NCBI GenBank assembly: GCA_951406725.2
Contig: OX597823.1
Span: forward strand, 59,768,001-59,832,000
Source of the DNA: Octopus vulgaris
Lineage: Eukaryota
Length of the DNA: 64,000 bases
Direction of reading: 5' to 3'
Shown here: positions 53,917-64,000 of the stretch, piece by piece
Position numbering within the stretch: the stretch's first letter is position 1
How the letters are laid out: each line of letters starts with the position of its first letter
The notes under the pieces: generated by a model
Database searches by the model: none
Seen by the model: the letters and a program-made list of their open reading frames with translations, nothing else
Told to the model about the DNA's origin: nothing
Made by a program: the position numbers and the translations under genes

Positions 53917-54091
53917 GTTATTATTATTAGTTTTCCTTCTTTCAATTTTGTTTCCATTTCTTGCCAGTTGTCTTCCTAACTCTCAATTTCAAAATAAAAT
54001 GAAGTTATGTAAAAAAAAATCGTCGTCGTCATCATCATCATCATCATCATCATCAATATCATCATCAATATCATCATCAATATTATCATCA

Positions 54092-54126
<35 letters not shown>

Positions 54127-54136
54127 GTTATTGTTA

Positions 54137-54192
<56 letters not shown>

Positions 54193-54685
54193 GTTATTAT
54201 TATTATTAACATAATGGTAACCTGGTGTGTTGTGTTTTGACCTAGCAACTTGAGGATTTGCCATGTGAATTTAAGAAGAAAGGTGTTTTGTTTAATAGTG
54301 AATTTCAAAATAGAATGGTAATTAAGAAATTTTTGACATCATTTTTCTCAGTATGTGGTAAATAAAAACATGGAATTTGCAAAAAAATATATCCTTCTCC
54401 ATTTGTAAAGAAACAAAACAGTTTCTTTATGCAGCAATGTCTCCAAAATTTGGGGTTTGAACAATTACCTTTTTATGGATGCTAAAACGGAACAAAACAA
54501 AAATGAGAATATGTTGTGTATGGCAGATTACACATCACATTCTGAAAGAAGAGAGTAAATTCATTTCTGCAGACAGCAACATTGGAGAGGACATTTCTAA
54601 CAAGTTTGGTAACAATAACAAAAATAACAACACACCTACAACATTTTATCTCTCTCTCTTTCTTTCTCTCTCTTTCTCTCATTCA

Positions 54686-54718
<33 letters not shown>

Positions 54719-54934
54719 GCAAATAAACAAGCATATAGGAATACACAATAACAATAACAAAAACAGCAACACACTACAACATTCTCTGTCTGTCTGTCTC
54801 TCTCTCTCAATCTCTCTCTCTCTCTCACACACCCACCCACACACACACATACATGCACAAGCATATACAAACACACATACACACAAATACATTTTGCTGA
54901 GCAAGAACCTTAGTGGCAAAGTAATCTGTATCTA

Positions 54935-55165
54935 TTCCTCTACTACCAACAAGGGGCTAAACATAGAGTGGACAAACAAGGACAGACAAACGGATTAAGT
55001 CGATTATATCGACCCCAGTGCGTAACTGGTACTTGTTTAATCGACCCCAAAAGAATGAAAGGCAAAGTCGACCTTGGCAGAATTTGAATTCAGAACGTAA
55101 TGGCAGACGAAATACTGCTAAGCATTTTGCCCAGCATGCTAACGTTTCTGCCAGCTCACCGCCTT
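54935..55165 (-). mobile_element. SINE family B
   Basis: Near reverse complement of 21273-21500. Confidence 0.9.
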
Positions 55166-55596
55166 GCAAAGTAATCTGTATCATCGGCATTATATGCAAT
55201 TTTAGGAATTGGTTAAAAGTGAGCAGGAGAAGGGAACATGGCAGTAATACATCACAGAACTGTGTATTTTCTAGTCTGAGGAGAAAAGTGGTTTGCCTCT
55301 GCTTCTTGAAAAACAGCAGAGCATTAAGTGTTCTCACAAAAGAAAAACTGAAGGAAGCTCTATCCAAAGTATGCTGTGTTGTGCACTTCATTGAATGCAG
55401 CGGAATATTTCTTTCATTTTTTTACTTGTTTCAGTCATTTGAATGTAGACATGCTGTCGCATCACCTAAAAAGTTTTAGTTGAAGAAATCAACTCCAGGA
55501 CGTATTTGCTTGATTAAATCTGTCAAATTAGAGCTACCAGCATGGTTGCAGTCCAATGACTGAAACAAGAAAAAGATTAAAAAAAACTCTAAGATT

Positions 55597-56050
55597 CATC
55601 ATCATCATTTAATGTCCACTTTTCATGCTGGCATGGGTTGGACGATTTGACTGAGGACTGGCAAGCCAGAAGGCTATACAAGGTTCCAATCTAATCTGGC
55701 AATGTTTCTATAGCTGGATGCCCTTCCTAATGTCAACTACTCTGAAAGTATAATGGATGCTTTTTATGTGCCACTGGCATGAGGGCCATTCAGGCGGTAC
55801 TGGCATCGACCATGCTTGAATGGTACTTTCTACATGCCACTGGCACAGGAACCAGTCAGGCGGCACTGGTAACAACCACACTCAAATGGTACTTTTACGT
55901 ACCACCAGCATGGGAGCCAGTCAGGCAGCACTGGCAACGACCACACTCGAATGGTGCTTCTTACAAGCCACCAGCAGAGGAGCCAGTCAGATGGCACTGG
56001 CAATGACCATACTTGAATGGTGCTTTTTATGTGCCACCAGCACGAGAGCC
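55597..56050 (-). mobile_element. RTE-related non-autonomous repeat with (GAT)n tail and about 60 bp internal minisatellite
   Basis: GGATGCCCTTCCTAA motif; about five units of TTTTATGTGCCAC..AGCCAGTCAGGCGGCACTGG; related to 60560-60937. Confidence 0.75.
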
Positions 56051-56397
56051 AATTGTTTTTCTGTATACTCTATGAGGTGTCAAAATTTTTTAATAAAATC
56101 ATAATCATCTGGAAATGTGCCGTAGGTTTCAGCAAGTCAGCAAAAAATTCTATACCTCAAACAGTTTATGCAGGGTGGAGGTAAGGGCTGGGGGTGGAGG
56201 GGGTTATGGCTATAATGGCACAATCAACAAAACGGTTTGAAAATCCTTAGTGGAAAATCCTTATTCAGAGTGATGCCCCAGCATGGCCGTATTTCAATGA
56301 TTGAAACATCTAAAAGTAAAGATTAAATGAGTACAAAACCATAATATACTATCACTTTTTCAGAACCCGCATGTATGGGGCGGGTAAATGGATGACC

Positions 56398-56516
56398 AGT
56401 AGTAGTAGTAGTAGTAGTTTTGGTAGCAGCAGCAGTAGTAGTAGTAGCAGCAGTAGTTGTAGTAGTGGTAGTAATTGTAGCAGCAGCAGCAGCAGTAGCA
56501 GCAGCAGTAGTAGTAA

Positions 56517-56577
<61 letters not shown>
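56398..56577. repeat. (AGT)n/(AGC)n microsatellite
   Basis: Visible directly. Confidence 0.95.
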
Positions 56578-56578
<1 letters not shown>

Positions 56579-57849
56579 ACAAATATATATGTAAGGATTT
56601 AAACTGATGACTACTTTACAAAGAGACTAACAGGTGGTTTTCTACATGTGATGTGCAGATAGATACACGGTGAATGAAGCTATCGAAAAAAGGGGTGAAC
56701 AAGTATAACAAAAAAAAAATTTTTTAAAAAAACAGAAAATAGAAAGAAAGAAAGAAATATTTCCATGGAAGGAAACATTTGAACAAAGCTAGAAATCCTA
56801 ACAACAATATCATGTTTGATATGACACAGTGTGTCTACACAATATTTGCCAAAACCTCTCTGGTAAGCAAAGGAGCTGCAATTTGATTACAAATTCAAAA
56901 GGAACAACAGAGTTGAAGGGTGAGTGACTTTAATATGAGACTCTGTTTATCTCCACTTATTGATTTTATAGTGTTCTATTTATGTCTAGTCAATTTAACC
57001 AAAGAATGAAAAATGGTATCACACAAACTAAACCTACAATATTATTATTATTTCATCACTTTTTTTTCAATTTTTCTTTTCTTTTCTTTTTTTTTTACTT
57101 TTCTTTTTCATCTGTTTAAAATATTCACAATGATGAAATATTACATATAAATCTATTCATGATGTTTTGTATATTGTTTATTGTTTGTTTTGTGTATATA
57201 TATTTTTTAAAGTTTTTTGTTGTATTTTTTAAAAAATATTTTTCTTGTATTATTTCATACCAGATATCAAAACTTGTTTATAAATTATTATCTTATATAT
57301 TATATTATACATTATTGAGTTATATTAAGGAATATATAATATGAGGATTTGTATATGTTATATATCTGTTATCGCTAGAAAAACAATTTGTTTTATCTTT
57401 GTTTCTGAATTATTTGAGAATTGCCGTAAAAATTTGTGACTTCACAATGCATCCATCCTCGTACTATGACTTTGCAATCACATACGCATGTATATTAGTG
57501 AAGTGTTACCATAGAATTTATGAATTGACACTGTTCCCATTCCCACTTCACAATCACATATTTGCAGTGTTGCCAAAGAATTTGTGACTTCACAATATCC
57601 CCATATCTCCCTGTAACCATTCCACAAAGCTTGCCCCCCCACCACCACCACCACCACTCAACAGTCATATATGCTTCCAGTGCATAGCATTAAATTTATA
57701 ACTTCATGCTATCTTTGTTGTCACATAGCAAACATGTATATTTGTGGAGCATGGTTTATTAAATATCCAACTTTGCAATGTACCCAATTTTACTTCACGA
57801 TGATGTACATAAATACCTCAAAAGTACATAGACACCCTGACACCATGTT

Positions 57850-58020
57850 TAAAGCACCCAACACACTCTATGAAGTGGTTGGTTTTAGGAAGGGTATCCA
57901 ACCATAGAAATTATGTCAAAAACAGATGACTAGAGCCTGGTGCAGCCCTCTGGCTGGCCCAGTTCCTGTTAAATGGTCCAACCCATACCAGCATGGAAAA
58001 CGGATGTTAAATGATGATGG
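57850..58020 (+). mobile_element. RTE-related non-autonomous repeat, 3' part
   Basis: TTAGGAAGGGTATCCA..GTCCAACCCATACCAGCATGGAAAACGGATGTTAAATGATGATG. Confidence 0.75.
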
Positions 58021-58199
58021 TGGTGGTGGTGGTGGTGGTGGTGGGATGATGATGAGGAAGAGGAGGAGGAATAGGAGGAGAGATTGGGGGAGGAGGAAAA
58101 GGGGAAAAAGAGGGGAGGAAGAGGAGGAGGAAGAAGAATACGAAGAAGAGGAGGAAGGGGAGGAAATTTTTGAAAGGTTTATTTCTCTTCCCTTCTATG

Positions 58200-58515
58200 A
58201 ATGATTTGCTGGTCGAAGAAGAGCTTTCCTTCAAGCACCTCTGCCATAGTAGCCAAGTTGCTTGAGACACCCCACAGAAGTATTCCAACTCCTCTGGAGT
58301 TGCTCTACAACATAAACTTACCTTACAATTTCAAAAACCCACTTGACAGTCTGAAGACACCTGTCAGAGGGCTCGGGTGAACTTCTGCTGGTAAATTGTA
58401 CCATCACTCTGTCAACTGCAGCAAGAAGAATGCCTAAGATTTTGTACAATCTTACAATTGCTAGGTTCACCCTCAGATTCACCCACAATATGCTGTCTTT
58501 GATAAGCAAACCATA
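58200..58515 (-). mobile_element. Tc1-like transposase N-terminal relic, second copy
   Basis: YQRQHIVGESEG..KIVQNL, ILLAAVDRVMVQF, LGYYGRGA*RKALLRPAN. Confidence 0.65.
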
Positions 58516-58519
58516 CCAA

Positions 58520-58674
58520 AGGCTGTGTGCTAAGAAGCCTGCTTACCAACCACATGGTTTTGGGTTCAGTCCTACCGCATGGCATCTTGAGCAAGTGTCT
58601 TCTACTATAGCTTCAGGCCGATCAAAGCCTTGTGAGTCGATTTGGTAGAGAGAAACTGAAAGAATCCCATTGTG
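58520..58674 (+). mobile_element. SINE family A, 5' half
   Basis: GGCTGTGTGCTAAGAAG..GGGTTCAGTCC..CTTGAGCAAGTGTCTTC. Confidence 0.85.
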
Positions 58675-58675
58675 A

Positions 58676-59373
58676 CAGCTTACCATACCATTACAGAGAT
58701 ACCACCATGTTTCACAGCTGGTTGGAGTCATTTCAAATCAAATTCTTGGTTGTGAAAACTTCAGATTCAAGCACATCTACTGTCTGAAAATAATGCAAAT
58801 CTTGATTCATCTGAGAAAATCACTCTTTCCCAAAATGAACTGGATTTTTCTGACATCCCCTTAGCTCATTTTTTCTTTTCATGATATTAATTGGTTCTTC
58901 TAGCTGCTCATGCATAATACTTGAGCTTATGCAGATATGTAACACACAATCTTGGACTAATTTCTAGCTGTTTTGCAATGTCAGAAGCCTTCGAACGGGG
59001 TTCATTTTCCAAAATTCTCTTCAAACAGTGAAGCTTCCTTTCTGAAGGCCCAGGTCGGCCAGGATGAAAATCTGTTGATTCTTTCCTTTGGCTTTTGAAT
59101 TACACTATAATGCTACTATAACAATAGCAAGAGGAATTTGAAGATTTTTGGCAATTTTTCGCTGGCTAAGACCAACCTCAGATTGCCCAACAATATGACC
59201 TCTTTGAAAATCTGACAATTCTGCTGAATTTTTTGTGTGTGGCATGGTTACTCATCGCAAATGTTTAATATAATGAAAAAGAATAATTACATTGTAAATC
59301 CTACACTACTGTAGACTCTTAGATCAGAAATTTTAAGAATTAAAGGTGTCTATTTACTTCCTGCATGTCTGTG
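58676..59373 (-). mobile_element. Tc1/mariner transposon relic (5' end, HTH, first part of DDE domain)
   Basis: From ATG at 59245: [63 protein letters not shown]; stops and frameshifts. Confidence 0.88.
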
Positions 59374-59405
<32 letters not shown>

Positions 59406-59420
59406 TGTATGTATAGGCAT

Positions 59421-59805
59421 GGGCATAGGCATGACCATGTGGTAGCCATGACCACAGGGTTCCGGGTTCAGTCCCACTGTTTGGCACCTTGAGGAAGTGT
59501 CTTCTACTATAGCCACATACCCACCAAAATCCTATCTAGGAATTTGGTAGTCAGAAACTAATAGAAGCCCATTGTGTGTGTGTGTGTATGTGTGTTTATG
59601 TTTGTACCTCTCCACCAGTTGACAACTGATGTTCATGCTTTTATGTCCCTGCAACTTAGCAGTTCAGCAAAAGTGACCAATAGAATTAGTACCAGGGCTA
59701 AAAAAATAATAAGTACTGGGGTCGATTTGTTTGACTAAAATCCTTCAAGGGCAGTGCCCCAGCATGGCCACAGTCTAATGAGTGAAACAAGTAAAAGAAT
59801 AAAAG
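59421..59805 (+). mobile_element. SINE family A, older copy
   Basis: GGTTCCGGGTTCAGTCCCACTG head through CCAGCATGGCCACAGTC..GAAACAAGTAAAAGAA tail. Confidence 0.85.
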
Positions 59806-60150
59806 ACTATATTTGGAGTGTTACAATTGAATTTCTGGGACTTCACAGCATTGTCATTCATACTCCACAATCATATATATGTGGAATGTAGCTGTTGAAT
59901 TTTTCACCATACAATGTCAACAGTCTACAATTATATATTAGTGGCATTTCACCTTTAAATCGGTGAACCAAAATATTTCCATTTCCACTTGCCAATAATG
60001 TATATTTGTGGAGTGTTGCTGTTGAATTTCTCACTTCAGCATGTCCTTCATCTCATTCCACAATTTTATATATTCAATGCTAAATATTTTCATTGAATTT
60101 TGCTTGTTGTTGTCACATTTTAAACAAGCGAAATATTAACTTTAACACAT

Positions 60151-60196
<46 letters not shown>

Positions 60197-60559
60197 ACGC
60201 ACACACACATATGCATGCACTCTGTTTCCATCTATCAAATTCACTCATAAGGTATTGGTCAACTCACAAGAATTAAAGAAGGCACAACTTAACCAAAGAG
60301 CCATGCAGTGGGACTGACAAAGACTTATGTGTTTCCACTGTAAACTTCATCACACAGACACAGCATCAGAATGTTGCAATATCGCCAATAAGATTCAAAT
60401 AAAGCGTCAGCTCCAACACTACCCACTATGTGAAAATGCCTTATTTTCTTTACTTGTGAATTGAAAATTCCCTGCAACTGATGACCTACAAGTTGATTGT
60501 TGACTATACATTAAATAGGTGAAATTATACATTAGATGTAAACTATAATTTAATTTCAA

Positions 60560-60937
60560 CTGTTGGCACACAAGAAAACCATCCGAACGTGGCCGTAGCC
60601 AGTACCGCATCGACTGGCCTCCGTGCTGTGGGCACGTAACAAACACCATCCGATCGTGGCCGTTTGCCAGCCTCATCTGGCACCTGTGTCGGTGGCACAT
60701 AAAAACACCATCTGAGCGTGGCCGTCTGCCAGCCTCGTCTGGCACCTGTGTCGGTGGCACATAAAATCACCCACTACACTCTCGGAGTGGTTGGCGTTAG
60801 GAAGGGCATCCAGCTGTAGAAACACTGCCAGATCTGACTGGACTGGTGCAGCTTTCGGGCTCCCCAGACCCCAGTTGAACCGTCCAACCCATGCTAGCAT
60901 GGAAAGCGGACGTTAAATGATGATGATGATGATGATG
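60560..60937 (+). mobile_element. RTE-related non-autonomous repeat with about 57 bp tandem units and (GAT)n tail
   Basis: Units CACCATCCGA.CGTGGCCGT..GCCAGCCTC..GGCACCTGTGTCGGTGGCACATAAAA, then GGCGTTAGGAAGGGCATCCAGCTGTAGAAAC. Confidence 0.8.
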
Positions 60938-62041
60938 ATTATTATTATTTTTTTTTATTATTATTCTGTTTCCAGTATTTCAGACAATGTGTGAAGTGAA
61001 AAAAGAAAACAAAAGAAAGAGAATACATGATTGAGGTGATAATATATCAGATCACAAGTCCAGAGGTCAGAGGTTCATTTACTAAATGGGCCACACCACC
61101 TAACTCTAAATATTTTACTACACTAATTGCCTGCAAAACTGACAATTCTTTAAAAGGTTGTATCAGTGCTTTATTTTTAACTGGAAAATCATTTGTCATA
61201 GGCTGCATCCCAGTCCAGGAGGGAATTTCCTCTCATTCACTTAAGGCTTTGAAAATGGTTGGAGATAATCAAAAACATTTGGACTACAGAGGCTTATAAA
61301 ATGGCATCCATCAAAAAGTTTGGCATTGAATTCATTAAATGATAAATAATATTTCGATGTATAGAAATGACTTACGAAATTTTCTTACTATATTGTATCA
61401 ATGTAATATAGGAAATTATTTCTCTTGTGTTGAATGTATACAGAGACATTGGCTAGATGGGTTTCTAAACAGAAAGAAAACAAATGTGCAGCCAGTGTTA
61501 CAGTTTTCTTTCTGCTATATCTAGTCAATGTCCACATTTGCATTCAAGATAGAGAAATGTATTCTTCTTAACAATCCTAGCCTAATCAGCAAATAAATTA
61601 TAGCTAAATTTATTTATCAAGCAATGTTTTTTTCCCCATTTTTAATTATATCATAACCTAATGTGACAGTTTCTTTTGAATATAAAAACTTTTGGCAGAG
61701 TAACACAGAAGAAATAGTTAACAAACAAGCTAACTATATTTGTACAAATCTTCTCTTCTATTATTATTTGATAATATAATACAGTCAGGAAAACTAGTCT
61801 GATATTAATCTAATGATTATATATTATATATTAAATATAATGCCAATATTTCCATATAGTCTACTGAATGTTTTTTAACAATAAATTATCTATTTGAGTT
61901 TCTTGTATACTGCTTCTAGCTGTCAGCCTATTACTTAACACATGGAGCAATACCTAATCGATGCTTCTTGCCTTACCTGCACTTAGTTATATTTTATCAT
62001 AAAGGATCTGTAAAAACTCTTTCCAGTTTTATAAAAATTCC

Positions 62042-62455
62042 GTTAACTCTAAGCATTTTAAACTCTTCAGCATTTTAAACAGCCATACCCAGCTTTTTAC
62101 ACCTACCATAAAATGTCATCCTAAAAATATACAATCACATCATCAAAATTTTAAAGCTACAAGATAATGCATGATTAATTCAAAACAATGTGGACAAAGA
62201 AGCATTATGTTTGATAGAATAAGCTCATCAAAATAGGATTAAGGCTTCAGCGTTTAAATGGTCAAAATTTCTACCTGTTTTATGTTCAAGCAAGTGAGAT
62301 CTGACCTCTCATACCTACCCTACAAAATTGTTCTCCAAATAAACAATCATATCATGAAAGTTTTGAAGCTATGAAGTAATGAATGATTAGTTCTAAACGA
62401 TGTGAATAAATAACCATTACATGTCTAAAGAGTAACCTGAATGTTAAAGGATTAG
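62042..62455. mobile_element. Two degenerate tandem copies of a piggyBac-like MITE
   Basis: Shared ACCTACC..ACAATCA.ATCAT.AAA.TTTT.AAGCTA..ATGATTA.TTC blocks; TTAA..CAGC starts and AATGTTAAAGGATTA end. Confidence 0.5.
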
Positions 62456-62733
62456 GATGGTCAAATGTCCAGTCCTTAAAGCACCAGATAGATTGTCTTG
62501 AAGTAATCATGCCAGTCCTTTGCACTCAGAGTCTAAATTAGATTAAAAAGCAAGAGGCCTACAGCAAGAGGCCTCATTCAGAGGTGAAACATATCACTGT
62601 AAAACGTTAGATTATTCAACTTAATTAAATTAGAAATTCCCTTAGAGTTTAGTTGTAAGACCTATTCACTACCATCTGATAAGAAGCATATTCATACTTA
62701 CTAAACACTCATATGTAGTCCTCAACATTGTCA

Positions 62734-62839
<106 letters not shown>

Positions 62840-62863
62840 AAATAACAACAATAATAATAATAA

Positions 62864-63021
62864 TCCTTTCAACTAAAAGCACAAGGCCTGAAATTTTGGG
62901 GGAGAGGACTGGTTGATTACATTGGCCCCAGTATTTCACTTGAACTTAATTTACCAACCCCGAAAGAATAAAAGGCAAAGTCAACCTCAATGGCATTAGA
63001 ACTTAGAATGTAGCAACAGGT
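62864..63021 (-). mobile_element. SINE family B fragment
   Basis: GCACAAGGCCTGAAATTTTGGGG..AAAGGCAAAGTCAACCTC. Confidence 0.75.
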
Positions 63022-63341
63022 GAGCATCATAGCCATGTGTTGAGAAAAATTCTTTGGGGTTTGAATAATTCACCTCTGGAAACATGAGTGATTTGCTCTT
63101 CATCCTTAACCAACCCTTATTCAGGGACCTTTTGAGTAGGATGGGCTACTTGACCTAAAACAAATTCTAACTGGGCCCCCACCTGCAAAGTCATGTCCTG
63201 TTTATCTTGATATGTCATGCACATACGGTTGTGGTGCATGTGTTTGGTGTATTCTTATCAGACAGGTGGTCATAATGGATATATTGGCTTCGTATATTTT
63301 ACCCTAGTGCAACTTTGATGGCATGCACTGCTCTCTCACTC
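63022..63341 (+). mobile_element. 5'-truncated copy of the 550 bp TAA-associated repeat
   Basis: Reverse complement of 47971-48300, ending CTCTCTCACTC-(AAT)n. Confidence 0.85.
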
Positions 63342-63360
63342 AATAATAATAATAATAGTG

Positions 63361-63425
<65 letters not shown>

Positions 63426-63443
63426 GATAATAATACTAATAAT

Positions 63444-63476
<33 letters not shown>

Positions 63477-63879
63477 AAAACAAGTATAGTATTTAATGCT
63501 TTATAGGACATACATTTGTTTCATTAAAATGCCAAACTAATTACATAACAGTTGTTGGAACATTGAGTAATATTGCACTTCACCTCATCAGTATCCTGCA
63601 ATATATATATATATATGCTAAAGAGCAGCCCATAACTATGCAGAGTATGGACATCAGTGTGTGAAGTATTTTAAAAATACCAGTTACCCCAATGTACATT
63701 GCTACATAGAAACTAATAAACTACTAAACATAGGATGTACCAGGACAAGCAAAAGAAGCGATATTAAAGTACATTAACTGAAATACAACTGGTAAAATTC
63801 AGTGCAGCAACTTCCCTAAATGACACATGGAAAAAATATCTATCTAAGTTGTAACATATATAGTAGTATTTCTCCCAAT

Positions 63880-64000
63880 TTTACATTCTGAATTCAAATG
63901 CTACTAGGGTTGGCTTTACCTTTCATTCTTTTGGAATCAATAAGATAAGTACTAGATGAGCACTAGGATTGATGTCATTGACTTACCCACTTTCCAGAAA
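63880..64000 (+). mobile_element. SINE family B fragment, cut by the window edge
   Basis: TTCTGAATTCAAAT..CTTTACCTTTCATTCTTTTGG..ATAAGTACTAG. Confidence 0.6.

Noticed and set aside
55755-56050. Regularly spaced repeats resembling a CRISPR array (also 60580-60770)
   Set aside because: Whole units are homologous with no unique spacers, no cas genes, eukaryotic context.
58020-58165. G/E/R-rich ORF and G-rich tract
   Set aside because: Purine-rich simple-repeat extension of an element tail.

Overview
Eukaryotic, very AT-rich, repeat-dominated intergenic or intronic DNA. The SINE/LINE repertoire and microsatellite load resemble an octopus-type cephalopod genome (inference). No intact host gene is visible, and almost all listed ORFs are translations of (TA)n, (TG)n or (AAT)n tracts. 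Recognisable coding sequence is transposon-derived: a decayed HERO-type and several Dong/R4-type RLE non-LTR retrotransposons in (AAT)n/(ATT)n arrays (one still with an open ORF), Penelope-like GIY-YIG fragments, RTE LINE 3' ends and Tc1 transposase relics. Also present: four tRNA-headed SINE families, hAT and piggyBac MITEs, Helitron-like ends, several long palindromes and a U6 snRNA fragment. The most notable signal is about ten Penelope-type minimal hammerhead ribozyme motifs, including a small element that appears to join a tRNA-like head, an internal (AAT)n tract and a hammerhead with an inverted partial copy of itself. Everything was read by eye, so boundaries are approximate.
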